A stretch of DNA of 32,000 nt from Planctomicrobium sp. SH661 (GTDB lineage: Bacteria > Planctomycetota > Planctomycetia > Planctomycetales > Planctomycetaceae). Below are positions 30,762 to 32,000 of the stretch, piece by piece. Position 1 is the stretch's first letter; every line of letters begins with the position of its first letter. Under the pieces are notes generated by a model. The model made no database searches, was not told where the DNA came from, and saw only the letters and a list, made by a program, of their open reading frames with translations. The stretch is from positions 4,880,734-4,912,733 of the forward strand of contig NZ_CP195791.1 in NCBI RefSeq assembly GCF_051465655.1, given 5' to 3'. The position numbers and the translations under genes were made by a program.

Positions 30762-32000
30762 ATGAAACGAATCCTCGCCTTGTGTCTGCTCGCCAGCTGG
30801 ACCGCACAGTCTGTCGGCGCCGCTGAACTCGTCGAACTCCGGGTCTTCCCCAAAGAAGTCCGGCTCTCCACTCAGCGAGCCCGTCAGGGAGTCGTGGTGC
30901 AGGGTGTGTACGACGACGGAATCACCCGCGATCTTTCGTCTCGTGCGGAATGGAAGTTTGACAACGAATCGCTCGTCCGCCGCGAAGGAAATCAGATCTT
31001 CCCCGTTGCTGACGGTCAGACTCAACTGAACGTCACCGTAGACGGCAAAAGTCAGCAGGTCCCCGTCCTGGTCGAGAAGGCACAAGTGGACCGCCCCATC
31101 AGCTTCAAGCTCGATGTCATGCCGGTCTTCATGAAAGCCGGCTGCAACACCGGAAGCTGTCACGGAGCCGCTCGAGGCAAAGACGGGTTCCGGCTCTCCC
31201 TGTTCGGTTACGATCCGGATGGCGACCATTTCCGTCTGACTCGCGAACAGCTCGGCCGTCGTATCGATCTGGCTGTGCCTGAAGCCAGTCTGCTGGTCGA
31301 GAAGTCCATCGGAGCAGTTCCTCACACGGGGGGCAAGCGGTTCGAAATGGACTCTCCGCTGAACAAGTCCATCCTGGAATGGATCTCCAACAACGCTCCT
31401 CTGGATCCTCCGGAACAGGCCACCTGTACTTCCATCAGTCTGTATCCCTCACAGGCAGTGATGGATGGAGCTGGCGAAACTCAGCAGATGGTCGTGATCG
31501 CGACCTACTCCGACAACACAACCCGTGACGTCACGTCGCTGGCCTCGTTCTTCTCCAGCAACGATACCTCGGCCAAGATCGACGAAAACGGACTGGTCAC
31601 CGCTGGTGAACGTGGCGAAGCCTTTGTGATGGCTCGCTTCGACGTGCACACGCAGGGGTCTCAGTTCCTCGCGCTCCCGAAAGGCCTGCAGTACGAACAG
31701 ATTCCCGAAGAGCCCGCCAACTACATCGATGAGCTGGTCGCTTCGAAGCTGAAGAAGATCCGGGTCAATCCTTCGGAAATCTGCAGCGACGAAGAGTTCC
31801 TGCGTCGCGCTTCAATTGACCTCGTAGGACTGCTGCCCGACTACGAAGAGTTCACCGCCTTCATGGCCGACACAGATCCCGACAAGCGCACCAAGAAAAT
31901 CGACGAACTGCTCGGCCGCAAGGAATTCACAGAAATGTGGGTGGCCAAGTGGGCGGAATGGCTGATGATGCGGTCGGGGGGTGAAGGTCAGATCCCCGAG
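30762..32000 (+). CDS. Big_2/Ig-like + DUF1549 (PSD1-type) exported protein; N-terminal 413 codons, continues past the window
   Basis: Absent from the ORF track because there is no stop in the window. My translation from ATG 30762 begins MKRILALCLLASWTAQSVGAAEL (signal peptide). Two Ig-like segments follow (..VVVQGVYDDGITRDLS.. and ..VVIATYSDNTTRDVTS..). A CNTGSCHGAARGKDGFRLSLFG motif is present. The classic DUF1549 start NYIDELVASKLKKIRVNPSEICSDEEFLRRASIDLVGLLP comes next. Confidence 0.85.
   Translation, partial: MKRILALCLLASWTAQSVGAAELVELRVFPKEVRLSTQRARQGVVVQGVYDDGITRDLSSRAEWKFDNESLVRREGNQIFPVADGQTQLNVTVDGKSQQVPVLVEKAQVDRPISFKLDVMPVFMKAGCNTGSCHGAARGKDGFRLSLFGYDPDGDHFRLTREQLGRRIDLAVPEASLLVEKSIGAVPHTGGKRFEMDSPLNKSILEWISNNAPLDPPEQATCTSISLYPSQAVMDGAGETQQMVVIATYSDNTTRDVTSLASFFSSNDTSAKIDENGLVTAGERGEAFVMARFDVHTQGSQFLALPKGLQYEQIPEEPANYIDELVASKLKKIRVNPSEICSDEEFLRRASIDLVGLLPDYEEFTAFMADTDPDKRTKKIDELLGRKEFTEMWVAKWAEWLMMRSGGEGQIPE

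Overview
This 32 kb window reads as a mostly housekeeping chromosomal segment from a Planctomycetota-like genome. That assignment is an inference from three things: a DUF1501 / DUF1549 gene pairing, solitary GxxExxY and Uma2 genes, and long stop-free antisense ORFs typical of a GC-biased genome.

Gene content, left to right:
- A FAS-like module on the minus strand: hotdog dehydratase, FabG, ACP.
- A membrane-anchored polyacidic protein.
- A co-directional minus-strand run: rpsL, rpsG, fusA, queC, a class I/II aminotransferase, a GT-C-like polytopic membrane protein.
- A small TPR protein and gatB.
- A LysR regulator, a Uma2-family gene, then gltB, a GxxExxY gene and gltD.
- A STAS-like protein and a membrane-anchored thioredoxin.
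- A cpaF-tadB-tadC pilus-platform module.
- A DUF1501 / PPC-domain / Big_2-DUF1549 trio of exported proteins. The last gene runs off the window.

I found no rRNA, tRNA, CRISPR array, transposase, integrase or recognisable defence operon.

The material that ordinary annotation does not explain is mainly non-coding:
1. Three copies of a 9-bp-periodic (CACGGAANN)x3 arm bracket a lower-GC GxxExxY (PD-(D/E)XK-fold) gene wedged between gltB and gltD.
2. A gene-less element with the same architecture but a different core, (CGCAGAGNN)x3, lies between gatB and the LysR gene.
3. A (GGGGTCA)x8 tandem heptamer with G-quadruplex potential sits between tadB and tadC. Shorter versions lie just upstream of gatB and the aminotransferase.
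4. A 33-nt palindrome family has two copies carrying a compensatory base-pair swap. One copy is inside the str operon.
5. A perfect 17-bp inverted repeat lies downstream of queC.

All protein family calls come from motif recognition by eye. No searches were run.
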